A stretch of 50,596 nt of DNA, taken from sequence record MN850604.1; one strand, written 5' to 3'. This DNA is from Escherichia phage tunzivis. The notes under the pieces were generated by a model that saw nothing but the letters and a program-made list of their open reading frames with translations, searched no databases and was not told the DNA's origin. Below are positions 1 through 8,392 of the stretch, piece by piece (the first letter of the stretch is position 1; each line of letters starts with the position of its first letter). A program made the translations under genes and the position numbers.

Positions 1-3
1 AGA

Positions 4-1119
4 ATGAAAAATGTAAAAATTACAGATGAGCAATTCAAGATCGAACGGGCGGCTGGTAAGACATATAAACAGATCGCTCAAGAGTACGGAATGAATGTGA
101 GAAGCGTCGAGCGTCGCGCGGCGCGACTTGCAAAGCAAGGCCAGGTATCCACCATTGGAGCGCCTGGTTTTGGCGTTCATGGTGAGTCAGTAATGACTGA
201 CAAAGAAGGCAACATAATCCTAAAGTGGACTAAAACCAGCAAGGATAAAGAGCAATTAGAAGCATTAATGCGCGCAGCAATGGAGGCATTTAGCGAGGAA
301 GTGCCGCGATTAGATCCGGTTCCATTACAGGAGCGAGACTATAACGAAACGCTTTCCTTGTATCCGATCTTTGACATGCACTTAGGCGCTATGGCCCATA
401 AGCACGAATGCGGCGAAAATTGGGATACTGCCACGGCAGAGCGCGTTATGAATAACTTTATCGACTATGCTTTAATGTGCGCACCGGATAGCGAAAAGGC
501 TGTCATCCTGATTGGTGGCGATATGCTGCATAGCGACGGCCTGGAGGCGGTTACACCTGCAAGCGGTCACGTACTGGATCAAGATAGTCGATATGCAAAA
601 TTGGTTTACGTTGCCATCCGTGCAATGCGACGAGCAATCAATAAAATGTTGTTAAAGCATAAACATGTTGAAGTCCAGATCGTAGAGGGCAATCATGACC
701 AATCAGGAATGATTTGGCTGCGCGCAGCAATGGCGGCAGCATATGAAAACGAGCCGCGCGTTTACGTTGATGTTTCCCCTCGCGTTGTGCACCACACGCA
801 ATACGGAAAAACTTTCCTTGCGTACCATCACGGGCACACAGTGCGTAAACCGGAGACTTTGCTAATGATGTGCGCGTCAGATTGGCGGGAGGACTTCGGA
901 AACTCAAAAACGATGTATGCGCACGTAGGGCACTGGCATCACCAGACCGTAACGGAAACGTCGCTTGGCATCGTGGAAGTACATAGCACCCTGGCGGCAA
1001 AAGACGCATACGCAGCGCGCGGTGGCTGGCGATCTCGACGCCGTGCGGCGGTTATCATTTACGACAAAGAGCATGGAGAGGTTGGGCGATTTGTTCACTA
1101 TCCAGAAATGATGAATTGA
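4..1119 (+). CDS. HTH domain fused to calcineurin-type metallophosphoesterase (Mre11/SbcD-like)
   Basis: 371-aa ORF; N-terminal helix-turn-helix-like segment (KTYKQIAQEYGMNVRSVERRAARL); ordered phosphoesterase motifs FDMHLG, GGDMLHSDG, EGNHDQ, YHHGH, GHWHH; followed by hairpin+T-run terminator. Confidence 0.6.
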   Translation: MKNVKITDEQFKIERAAGKTYKQIAQEYGMNVRSVERRAARLAKQGQVSTIGAPGFGVHGESVMTDKEGNIILKWTKTSKDKEQLEALMRAAMEAFSEEVPRLDPVPLQERDYNETLSLYPIFDMHLGAMAHKHECGENWDTATAERVMNNFIDYALMCAPDSEKAVILIGGDMLHSDGLEAVTPASGHVLDQDSRYAKLVYVAIRAMRRAINKMLLKHKHVEVQIVEGNHDQSGMIWLRAAMAAAYENEPRVYVDVSPRVVHHTQYGKTFLAYHHGHTVRKPETLLMMCASDWREDFGNSKTMYAHVGHWHHQTVTETSLGIVEVHSTLAAKDAYAARGGWRSRRRAAVIIYDKEHGEVGRFVHYPEMMN

Positions 1120-1166
1120 TGAATTTTTATTTAAATCAATGACAAATTAAATCAAAAACTTGCAAA

Positions 1167-1197
1167 GGGGCGGCGTTTGTCGCCTCTTTTTTTTTGT
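1167..1197 (+). terminator. rho-independent terminator
   Basis: GC stem (GGGGCGGCG..CGCCTC) followed by run of 9 T. Confidence 0.6.
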
Positions 1198-1265
1198 TTA
1201 ATTTTTTACCATGTACGTTTATCATGCGGTCAATATATTGACTTTAATTAATATGGAGAATAAAA

Positions 1266-1481
1266 ATGAAAGATTTTATTAACGCAGCTACCGCTGGATC
1301 TGGCGGTTCATCTATCGCAAGCGCCGCTACAGGGCAGTTAACCATTGCTATTGCCAGCTTTGTTTTAATGGCTGCATTCGGTGCATGGGGCGCTTACCTT
1401 CGCTGGCGTGATAGTAAAAAATTCCACGAAGCGATCGAAAAAGGTGATATTCAAAAAGCTATTGAAATCAGGGGCAAGTAA
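1266..1481 (+). CDS. putative holin
   Basis: 71 aa; one hydrophobic TM stretch ([21 protein letters not shown]) and charged C-terminus; stop overlaps endolysin start (TAATG); RBS GGAGA upstream. Confidence 0.5.
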   Translation: MKDFINAATAGSGGSSIASAATGQLTIAIASFVLMAAFGAWGAYLRWRDSKKFHEAIEKGDIQKAIEIRGK

Positions 1482-1972
1482 TGAGCATAAAGAACAGGGT
1501 AGCGGCTGCTGCCTTTGGCGTTGCGGTTGCCTTGACTTCTCCACTTCTTGAAGAGATCGAAGGGGTAAGATACAAGCCATACAAAGATATTGCTGGAGTA
1601 TGGACGGTTTGCGCAGGAATCACCGGACCAGATGTTATCCTGGGGAAAACGTACACTAAAAAAGAGTGTGATGCTTTGTTGGCTAAGCATATCCAGGTTG
1701 CTAAAAAGGAAGTTGACAAGCAAGTTAAGGTTGATATTCCTGATAGTATGCGTGCAGCAATGTACTCATTCACTTACAATGCAGGTGTGGGAGCTTTCAG
1801 AAATTCAACAATGCTGAAACTCATCAACCAGGGGAAATTAAACGAGGCTTGCGATCAGCTTTATCGTTGGACTTATTACCATAACCCAAAAACAGGAAAG
1901 CGCGAGAAGTCTAAAGGCTTACTTAACAGGCGCAAGGTCGAATACAAATATTGCACAATGGATCTGAAATGA
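1481..1972 (+). CDS. SAR endolysin (phage lysozyme, R21-like)
   Basis: 163 aa; N-terminal Ala/Gly-rich signal-anchor-release segment ([14 protein letters not shown]); lysozyme E-D-T region ([28 protein letters not shown]); [16 protein letters not shown] motif typical of P21/P22-type lysozymes. Confidence 0.85.
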   Translation: MSIKNRVAAAAFGVAVALTSPLLEEIEGVRYKPYKDIAGVWTVCAGITGPDVILGKTYTKKECDALLAKHIQVAKKEVDKQVKVDIPDSMRAAMYSFTYNAGVGAFRNSTMLKLINQGKLNEACDQLYRWTYYHNPKTGKREKSKGLLNRRKVEYKYCTMDLK

Positions 1973-2364
1973 TGAAGAATTTTTTACTTACACCAATCGC
2001 AATGGCGGTGATCTTGTCTGGATGTTCAAGCGTTACGCCACTGACCGGATTAATCGGCAGTAAGCCGGAAATCACAGCACAGGCTGGAGCGGAGAACGTG
2101 AAGCAGACAGTTGGCATTACAGCAAAGCAGGACGCCAGCACAAAACAGGAAACCACAATAAAGGAATCTGCGGTTGACAAGGTGGACACGTCCAGCAAGA
2201 AGGATTTCACAACATCAACCATTCAGGCCAATACCATCAAGGCAGACAAAATTCAGGTCGTGCAGGGTAATAACGGCAGATGGTACGATCCAGTAATCAT
2301 ATGCGTGGTTGTGTTTCTTGTGCTGATTTGTCTTTACTGGAGAGAAAAGAAAAAGGAGGCTTAA
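1969..2364 (+). CDS. unimolecular spanin (u-spanin, T1 gp11-like)
   Basis: ATG at 1969 overlaps endolysin stop (ATGA); lipoprotein signal with lipobox LSGC; C-terminal TM segment ([16 protein letters not shown]); position after endolysin. Confidence 0.6.
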   Translation: MMKNFLLTPIAMAVILSGCSSVTPLTGLIGSKPEITAQAGAENVKQTVGITAKQDASTKQETTIKESAVDKVDTSSKKDFTTSTIQANTIKADKIQVVQGNNGRWYDPVIICVVVFLVLICLYWREKKKEA

Positions 2365-2381
2365 TGCCTCCTTTATTTTTA
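2354..2381. terminator. bidirectional terminator between convergent lysis and early-left operons
   Basis: AGGAGGC-ttaat-GCCTCCT hairpin flanked by A-run and T-run. Confidence 0.55.
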
Positions 2382-2603
2382 TGCGTCGGGCCACATATGA
2401 GTTTCGTTTGTTGGCTTGTTCGATTCGTCGTACTGCCTTACTTCAATGCTGCAAGTGTCGCCGTACATTTCTGAAATCTTGCGCTCATTTTCAACCGCCG
2501 ATTGCTCACTCCAGCCTGAATCCTTATCGTAAACTGTCGGAATTTCAGAAGAAGATCCATTTGCATGATTGTATACGCGAACTACTAAAAACTTGCTGGA
2601 CAT
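2379..2603 (-). CDS. hypothetical protein
   Basis: ORF 2379..2654; start chosen at internal ATG (MSSKFLVV) preceded by AAAAAGGAAAA; motif-type promoter upstream. Confidence 0.4.
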   Translation of the reverse strand: MSSKFLVVRVYNHANGSSSEIPTVYDKDSGWSEQSAVENERKISEMYGDTCSIEVRQYDESNKPTNETHMWPDA

Positions 2604-2664
2604 AATTTTTCCTTTTTGGTTGGTTCGTTTCGATGAAACAAATATACCCGACACAAGGTCTGGA

Positions 2665-2683
2665 GTTTTAACAAAAAATGCTA
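2665..2683 (-). promoter_or_regulatory. conserved motif copy (reverse strand; variant TAGCATTTTTTGTTAAAAC), upstream of 2379..2603
   Basis: 18-nt spacer then TATATT (-10-like); CATCGAAACGAACC leader follows. Confidence 0.55.
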
Positions 2684-2801
2684 TTCCATACGCTTTACTG
2701 TAACCAATAACACACCATCATCATTGCATAAAACGTGTTCAGTGGTGCTAAAAGCTCGCATATCTGAATAAAGTAGCGTAAGTAAAGCATGAATAAAATC
2801 A

Positions 2802-3197
2802 TCATGTGATATTGAATTTACGGCGCAGTGCTTCAAGATCTTGTCTATTAGCTTTTGCCTGGAACAATTCATCATCGCCCATCTCCCCTATTCTAGCTAT
2901 ATCCCTGATCCAGTCGTTGCGCATACCATCCAGGCTATACAATTCGAATCCGAAAGGCCGCTTTGACGATCCTTTGGACCAGTATTTTCCGCAGACTCCA
3001 TCTATATAACCAGCCGTCATCATTCTTGCGCAAAATTCCTTAGATGCAAGGCTGGCGAACATTCGCGGCGTAAGTCCGGCGGCCCGTGCGAGCCGCTCAC
3101 ATTCTCTATGCTGATAGATAAATTTGGCTATGTGCTGCCTGTTAAACCAATCGTATGACTCACACCATTTATACAGATCAAGCAAAAACATAATCAT
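2802..3197 (-). CDS. hypothetical protein
   Basis: 131-aa ORF; start ATG overlaps stop of upstream gene 3194..4774 (ATGA coupling). Confidence 0.45.
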   Translation of the reverse strand: MIMFLLDLYKWCESYDWFNRQHIAKFIYQHRECERLARAAGLTPRMFASLASKEFCARMMTAGYIDGVCGKYWSKGSSKRPFGFELYSLDGMRNDWIRDIARIGEMGDDELFQAKANRQDLEALRRKFNIT

Positions 3198-4774
3198 CCC
3201 AGCAGTATTGGATTGACAAAAATAACACCATTAATCACACAAACATAATTTCTTTCTTCCAGCATTGGCAGTAAGTGCCCTTCTATCCTTTTCATTACGC
3301 CAGCCTGACCAACGAAAGGTTTTACCTTTCTCGCTGATTCGTACAGGGCGCGGATATTCAGAATCCCTTTATTAGCCTTGCCGTGCCTCGTGATCAATTC
3401 AATCAATTTACCCATTTCAGCATCATCACCAGCATAACCAGAAGCATTGGCGGCGCTAATGTATGTTTTGCTCAATTCCTGAAACATGATCAACGCCTCT
3501 TGCATTGTTTCCACGTCGATCTCTTTCGACTTCTGCGGGTATCCGGCAGGATTAAACCAGTTACGGATAACATGCAGGACGGAAGCAAGCCTGATCACCT
3601 GTTTATCCATTTTACCCAGCGCACCGCGTAACATTGTATGAGAATACTTTCCTCCGTCTGCAAGATGCGGTTCCATATCCTGGCGAGCAATGTTGAGCAC
3701 TCGCATAGCTGAACGGCTTATTTTCAGCGATATATTTGATTCGCTCATGATGTTATGCACCAATTGATAATATTGGGCTTTCAATTCAGAATCCACCGCC
3801 TCATAGGTAGAATCACCATTTTCATCAATGAATGAGCGACGGCCTAAGAATGATTCCTCTCGGACCAACAAAAAACGCTCACTAACACCGATGCCTCGCG
3901 ATCCAGCGTCCATGATTCCGCTTATCGTTTCATCCTGGGCTATGACGCTCATACATCCAAGCGCGCGAAAACTCATATTATTGTCAGCATTAGCACGGGC
4001 AATTGATACGTGACCATTATCCCACGCCTTAAGCACTAACTCACTGTTAGTCTTCCTTTCGCTATTTGCATAGGTCAAGCCTAACAGACTGTTAATACTT
4101 GTTGCTTCATCAGATATTACGGCAAAGTTACCTTGCTTGTTGTTGATTTTCGCCAAGCCTTCTGGAGTTGTATCTGAAACAGGAAAAGTTATATCACACA
4201 TTTTTTCCAGCTTTTCCTCCAGATCCTCTTTTTCCTGGTATAGAGATTCCATATCAGCGCCGGATCTTTCGCTTTTCATCTCCTTTGCAAGACCTGCCAG
4301 CTTTGCCTGTATTTTCTTTCTTTCCTTGCGGCGTTGCTCGTTGATCTTCTCAACTTCCGCAATCATCGGAGCAATAGCCATGCTGTTGATCGCAGATTTA
4401 CCAGTTGACGGCGGCTGGCTTGTAACGACGTAAAGCGCAGTCGGCTGATCGGTTCCGTGATAGTCAACCGTAAAGCGTCCAAGCATAGCGGCAGAAATGC
4501 AGCCGATAAAGTGCATGTAAGCCGATGATTCAGGGAATTGAACGGATCGCGCAATGCTGCGTGATAACTTGCCGACAACATCAATATCATTACCAAGAGA
4601 AATAACGGGGTAGCGATCGTGACCGCTATTCACATCCTTTACGTCGCCCCAAAAGCTGGACGACTGGCGATAGCCGTTAGCCTGAATTGATACGCGAACT
4701 GGCGAAAGGTTCTGGCTTTCAGCCATAGCGATTATTTGTTGTGGAGTTAATTTGTTCGTTTCTAATGAAAACAT
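3194..4774 (-). CDS. P-loop NTPase, putative replication-associated helicase-like protein (DUF3987-like)
   Basis: 526 aa; Walker A-like VVTSQPPSTGKSAINS; RBS AAGGAGAAG; motif-type promoter 53 bp upstream; family assignment is from memory. Confidence 0.45.
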   Translation of the reverse strand: MFSLETNKLTPQQIIAMAESQNLSPVRVSIQANGYRQSSSFWGDVKDVNSGHDRYPVISLGNDIDVVGKLSRSIARSVQFPESSAYMHFIGCISAAMLGRFTVDYHGTDQPTALYVVTSQPPSTGKSAINSMAIAPMIAEVEKINEQRRKERKKIQAKLAGLAKEMKSERSGADMESLYQEKEDLEEKLEKMCDITFPVSDTTPEGLAKINNKQGNFAVISDEATSINSLLGLTYANSERKTNSELVLKAWDNGHVSIARANADNNMSFRALGCMSVIAQDETISGIMDAGSRGIGVSERFLLVREESFLGRRSFIDENGDSTYEAVDSELKAQYYQLVHNIMSESNISLKISRSAMRVLNIARQDMEPHLADGGKYSHTMLRGALGKMDKQVIRLASVLHVIRNWFNPAGYPQKSKEIDVETMQEALIMFQELSKTYISAANASGYAGDDAEMGKLIELITRHGKANKGILNIRALYESARKVKPFVGQAGVMKRIEGHLLPMLEERNYVCVINGVIFVNPILLG

Positions 4775-4826
4775 TCGTTAGCTTCTCCTTTGTGGGCCGT
4801 AAATTTTAACGGCCCAATACTACCCC

Positions 4827-4845
4827 GTTTTGTCAAAAAGTGCTA
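4827..4845 (-). promoter_or_regulatory. conserved motif copy (variant TAGCACTTTTTGACAAAAC), upstream of 3194..4774
   Basis: 18-nt spacer then TAAAAT inside GC hairpin GGGCCGTTAAAATTTACGGCCC. Confidence 0.5.
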
Positions 4846-5064
4846 TTTGATCCGCTCTATTGCAACCAGAAGTCGATCAGGCTGGCGGTCGCTGTAGCAT
4901 TCTCCTGTAATCCCATCCTTAAACGTAAAGTAAAGCGCCTTATGATATGAAAAACCAATCAGCCAACCTACCGCCGTTTTTTTGATGGGCCTGACTATAT
5001 CGCCAGGCTTGAAAGTCTTTGTGGTAGAATGCGTTACTTTGTAACGGTTTTCACTGTTTATCAC
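4843..5064 (-). CDS. hypothetical protein
   Basis: 73-aa ORF; GTG start overlapping stop of upstream gene (GTGA). Confidence 0.35.
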   Translation of the reverse strand: MINSENRYKVTHSTTKTFKPGDIVRPIKKTAVGWLIGFSYHKALYFTFKDGITGECYSDRQPDRLLVAIERIK

Positions 5065-5447
5065 AGATATTTGCCCTCAAACAGATAACAGCCGCCAGCA
5101 GAGAATCCGACCTCTTCACGGTACAGGTTCCAGCGGTCGCCGCACTCATCAAAAACATAACCCGCAACGCTTCCAAGCGGTCGCCCTTTCTCGATCTGGT
5201 ATCGCTTGCCCTGCTTAAAGTGCTTTTTGCACGGCATGTTATGATCTACAAACGTGCAAAGAACGGTTTTTGTGTTAATGGCGCGGTAATCATCTCGGTT
5301 TGCTGGAAGCCAGCGGCTACCCTTAACAAGCGTCTTAACCTGGAACTCTTCCACCTCGATCACATCATCACTTCCTGCAATCTTCTGATAAACCGTTTTA
5401 AAACGGCCTTTCATCAATACGTTGGTTTCATTACAGATAACATTCAT
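5061..5447 (-). CDS. hypothetical protein
   Basis: 128-aa ORF; RBS AAGGAGATCT 7 nt upstream of ATG; motif-type promoter upstream. Confidence 0.45.
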   Translation of the reverse strand: MNVICNETNVLMKGRFKTVYQKIAGSDDVIEVEEFQVKTLVKGSRWLPANRDDYRAINTKTVLCTFVDHNMPCKKHFKQGKRYQIEKGRPLGSVAGYVFDECGDRWNLYREEVGFSAGGCYLFEGKYL

Positions 5448-5500
5448 GATCAGATCTCCTTTGTTTGTTCGATGTGATTATGCCAGGTTTTTACACCTGG

Positions 5501-5519
5501 CTTTTAACAAAAAGTGCTA
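5501..5519 (-). promoter_or_regulatory. conserved motif copy upstream of 5061..5447
   Basis: reverse complement of TAGCACTTTTTGTTAAAAg; hairpin GCCAGGTG..ACCTGGC; CATAAT 18 nt downstream. Confidence 0.55.
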
Positions 5520-6233
5520 TTTTGAGTTTGACTCAAAGACGGCGCGAGCAAATCCGCGCGGAGTGAGGGAGCGGATCATCTTTGTGCGCGATGACTTGCC
5601 GCCAGTTTTGGCCCAGCCTGGATTATCTTTGTCTTCCTCTTTCGGCAGGATTAAAGCGCGCGGAGGAATAACAAAGCCGTTGCCAGTCCAGAGGCACGTT
5701 TTCTTAAAATAGCGATCACGCGCCGGAATAATATCAGGGAAGTCGGGATGTTTATCATCTTCCGGCAGATAGCCAGCGTAATCGCACGGATGGAACGTAT
5801 AATCAGGCTTACGCCATAACGTTGACAACTTGCCAACCGGATTTTCGATCATGTAAGGAACACCGAAATAATCAGCTATATCAGCCGCGATTCTGCAAGT
5901 GTCGGCGGCCTCATCCTGGAACGATGGATTCTCAAGGCGTTTTTTGGCCCAATGGCGAGATCCGCTATTTGCAAGGTCGGTGCAAGGAGGGAACGCCATA
6001 ATAAAATCAGGATTGCCCCACTCATTATTGATTGCCTTAACATAAAAAGCATCATCAATCCAGACGTTAACGTATTCGATATTCTCATGCTGTATGCGCA
6101 CTGACTGGTAATCACCGTGATCGCCGCCGTCAGCATTAAAGCAAATGCACTTATAGCCATTATCAGCCCAATCTTTAACGGCTTTACCAGATCCATCAAA
6201 TAGGGAGAATATAAAACCTTTATACATCGTCAT
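5517..6233 (-). CDS. compact DNA (cytosine-5)-methyltransferase
   Basis: ORF 5517..6296; start placed at MTMYKG with GAGG RBS; C5-MTase motifs I (FSLFDGSG), IV (FPPCTDL) and VI (ENPVG) in canonical order; unusually short, no long target-recognition region. Confidence 0.6.
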   Translation of the reverse strand: MTMYKGFIFSLFDGSGKAVKDWADNGYKCICFNADGGDHGDYQSVRIQHENIEYVNVWIDDAFYVKAINNEWGNPDFIMAFPPCTDLANSGSRHWAKKRLENPSFQDEAADTCRIAADIADYFGVPYMIENPVGKLSTLWRKPDYTFHPCDYAGYLPEDDKHPDFPDIIPARDRYFKKTCLWTGNGFVIPPRALILPKEEDKDNPGWAKTGGKSSRTKMIRSLTPRGFARAVFESNSK

Positions 6234-6237
6234 TACC

Positions 6238-6462
6238 TCAAAACGGAAAACAGCGCGGACAACCAGGATCGAAATCGCATCCACAATCATTAACAATCAT
6301 AGTTGGATCTGCAAATATTGCGCTTGATTCAAGATCCATATCCATATCACCTAAAGCCTCATCAAGAGTCTTAATTTTATATGCCACTTCAAGCGCCGCC
6401 TCTTTATTTAGTCCGGCATCTTCTGCCATTTGAAGGCGCTCAAAAAATCCGTCTTGACTCAT
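6238..6462 (-). CDS. hypothetical Cys-rich small protein
   Basis: 74 aa; C-terminal CGCDFDPGCPRC cluster; RBS AAGGGGA. Confidence 0.4.
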   Translation of the reverse strand: MSQDGFFERLQMAEDAGLNKEAALEVAYKIKTLDEALGDMDMDLESSAIFADPTMIVNDCGCDFDPGCPRCFPF

Positions 6463-6586
6463 CGCATAATCCCCTTAATAACAGCCAAGATAATAGCCAT
6501 GCCAGCAGCAGTAACCAAAAAACCAACCGCGCCAATAATCGAATAAAAAAAGAAATCAATAGCCTTATCTATCACTTTCCACCTCA
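6459..6586 (-). CDS. small hydrophobic protein (not in ORF track, <60 aa)
   Basis: 42 codons read manually (MRWKVIDKAIDFFFYSIIGAVGFLVTAAGMAIILAVIKGIMR); stop overlaps start of 6238..6462 (ATGA). Confidence 0.3.
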
Positions 6587-6617
6587 TTTAAAAGGCGGCA
6601 AAACGCCGCCAGATTAA

Positions 6618-6845
6618 TTAAAGAGCACGCCAACTTTGAATATAGAAAGAGTTTTCTTCCAGTAATTCTTTTAACTGATCTTTATTGTATTTGCGCACCT
6701 TACCGCCTGGATGGATACCAATAAGATAGCCGCCTTTGCCCTCGGTGATAGTGATTTGGCTAATTCCACAAGACTTATCAAGTTTTACAGCCACGCGGTG
6801 ATGAGCGTCAATAGTTGACATAATGTTTAAAACTTTTGCTTTCAT
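6618..6845 (-). CDS. hypothetical protein
   Basis: 75-aa ORF; RBS GAGGAT. Confidence 0.45.
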   Translation of the reverse strand: MKAKVLNIMSTIDAHHRVAVKLDKSCGISQITITEGKGGYLIGIHPGGKVRKYNKDQLKELLEENSFYIQSWRAL

Positions 6846-6953
6846 TTAAATATCCTCAATTGAAATATGAATGGCGTCGTGCTCTTTTTCCGTCGCCGCC
6901 GTAATGGTCATTTGCAACCGCTACCATCCAGGCATTTTTGAAAATAAATAGCC

Positions 6954-7166
6954 TCATTTCTTATTTTTCATCTTAAATTTATGGCCTGGAACACCAGCAC
7001 CAATATATCCATCGTTGTATTCCATTAAATAAAGGTGAAGGCCATTATCTGAAATTACATGAGGATCTTCTTTGAGATTTCCCATTAGCGGGTATTCTTT
7101 TCCGCGCGTAAATCTCCAAGTTGAGTCATAAGTTTCTACGCATTTAAGTTTTAATTGCTTTGCCAT
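6954..7166 (-). CDS. hypothetical protein
   Basis: 70-aa ORF; start overlaps stop of upstream gene (TAATG). Confidence 0.45.
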   Translation of the reverse strand: MAKQLKLKCVETYDSTWRFTRGKEYPLMGNLKEDPHVISDNGLHLYLMEYNDGYIGAGVPGHKFKMKNKK

Positions 7167-7363
7167 TAGATGATCTCCATGTATGTTTCAAAGCCATTTA
7201 ACTTGAACAGGCCGTTTTCACATTTGCGAACGTTCCAAGTTAGCCCTGAGTGGTACGCCTCCATATCATCAAGGTCAATGGTGATTTCAGCACCTTTCTT
7301 AAACAAACCTTTTTCGTGAGACTTGTCGCGCTTAACAACTTTAACATCAACCTGATTTTCCAT
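7166..7363 (-). CDS. hypothetical protein
   Basis: 65-aa ORF; RBS GAGGAT; motif-type promoter upstream. Confidence 0.45.
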   Translation of the reverse strand: MENQVDVKVVKRDKSHEKGLFKKGAEITIDLDDMEAYHSGLTWNVRKCENGLFKLNGFETYMEII

Positions 7364-7417
7364 CTTTAAATCCTCGTTTGTTGTCGATGCGCTTACTATA
7401 CCAATCAGCAGCGCATC

Positions 7418-7437
7418 GTTTTTAACAAAAAGTGCTA
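7418..7437 (-). promoter_or_regulatory. conserved motif copy upstream of 7166..7363
   Basis: motif then hairpin GATGCGCT..AGCGCATC containing TATAGT at 17-nt spacing. Confidence 0.55.
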
Positions 7438-7438
7438 T

Positions 7439-7702
7439 TTAGTCCAGAAATTCGATTTCACGCTCTCCAGTTAACGGATTCACAAGCCAGAATCCGAGTG
7501 GTTCGCCGTGAACACCGCCATAGAATCCAAGAGCCGTCAGATCTTCACCTTTAACGAATACCAGGTTTCCGCTACGGCTTACGTGAGACACGTTAACGAT
7601 AACCGGAAATGTGCGATCCTTAAATGCAGGCCGCAGGGCGTAACATCCGTTATTGAGCAAACGTGCTTTGCGCTTAACTGGAATAGGTGCATTAATTTTC
7701 AT
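7439..7702 (-). CDS. hypothetical protein
   Basis: 87-aa ORF; RBS AAGGAG. Confidence 0.45.
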   Translation of the reverse strand: MKINAPIPVKRKARLLNNGCYALRPAFKDRTFPVIVNVSHVSRSGNLVFVKGEDLTALGFYGGVHGEPLGFWLVNPLTGEREIEFLD

Positions 7703-7714
7703 GGTTATTACTCC

Positions 7715-7927
7715 TTATCGTAAAGATTTAAAGACGTATAGTTTATTGCGGTAACTATATATCCGCATTGTTATTTCTCGCAGCGCAATATATTCCTTCC
7801 TGTTTTCCGGCAGACTGGCGAGCAACAACAGGCAGTATTTATAAGCGCGGTCAAGATTCCTTTCCGTGCCCCTGCAATATCCCTTATTGCGCCTGGAGCG
7901 GTACAGCCATAACAATTTCTTGAACAT
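7715..7927 (-). CDS. hypothetical protein
   Basis: ORF 7715..8017; start moved to internal ATG (MFKKLLW) preceded by GGGAGGA. Confidence 0.4.
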   Translation of the reverse strand: MFKKLLWLYRSRRNKGYCRGTERNLDRAYKYCLLLLASLPENRKEYIALREITMRIYSYRNKLYVFKSLR

Positions 7928-7928
7928 T

Positions 7929-8138
7929 TCAGATCCTCCCATACAGATCGCAAACTTCGTTGATAAAACAGCGTTGAGACTCTTTATCCTGCTTCTCAAA
8001 AATTGCGCGGCATTCAAACTTAAGATTATGCACGATGACTACAACCATATTTTCAGGCATTGAGCGGTTATAGCGTCGCGCGTCAGTGATTAAAACATCC
8101 ATACCCATCTCATGTGCTTTCTTGATCACATCCAACAT
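7929..8138 (-). CDS. hypothetical protein
   Basis: ORF 7929..8162 begins with TTG; internal ATG (MLDVIKK) preceded by AGGAGAAG chosen. Confidence 0.4.
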   Translation of the reverse strand: MLDVIKKAHEMGMDVLITDARRYNRSMPENMVVVIVHNLKFECRAIFEKQDKESQRCFINEVCDLYGRI

Positions 8139-8392
8139 TTTTTCTTCTCCTGCAATAAGCAAACATCATTGATAAAATCAGCACGGCCCTTAATGTTGCT
8201 GATGTGGAACGTCTTTTCAGCGTACAGGCCATCACCTTCAATCACGATCATTACGCGAGTCGGTTTATTCACGGGCGCACACGAAAAGAGTGGTCGCGCC
8301 GGAAGAAATTTAGTGGTCACATCCAGGTTGGCCCTGGCGGCCCTGCAAAACGCCTCCGCCAGATCCAAATCATTTTCGGTAATCACCGCCAT
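8126..8392 (-). CDS. hypothetical protein
   Basis: 88-aa ORF; TAATG overlap with upstream gene. Confidence 0.45.
   Translation of the reverse strand: MAVITENDLDLAEAFCRAARANLDVTTKFLPARPLFSCAPVNKPTRVMIVIEGDGLYAEKTFHISNIKGRADFINDVCLLQEKKKCWM

Noticed and set aside
638-1098. Minus-strand ORFs 638..1009 and 904..1098 overlapping the phosphoesterase gene
   Set aside because: Embedded in a well-supported + strand gene with conserved catalytic motifs; no translation signals.
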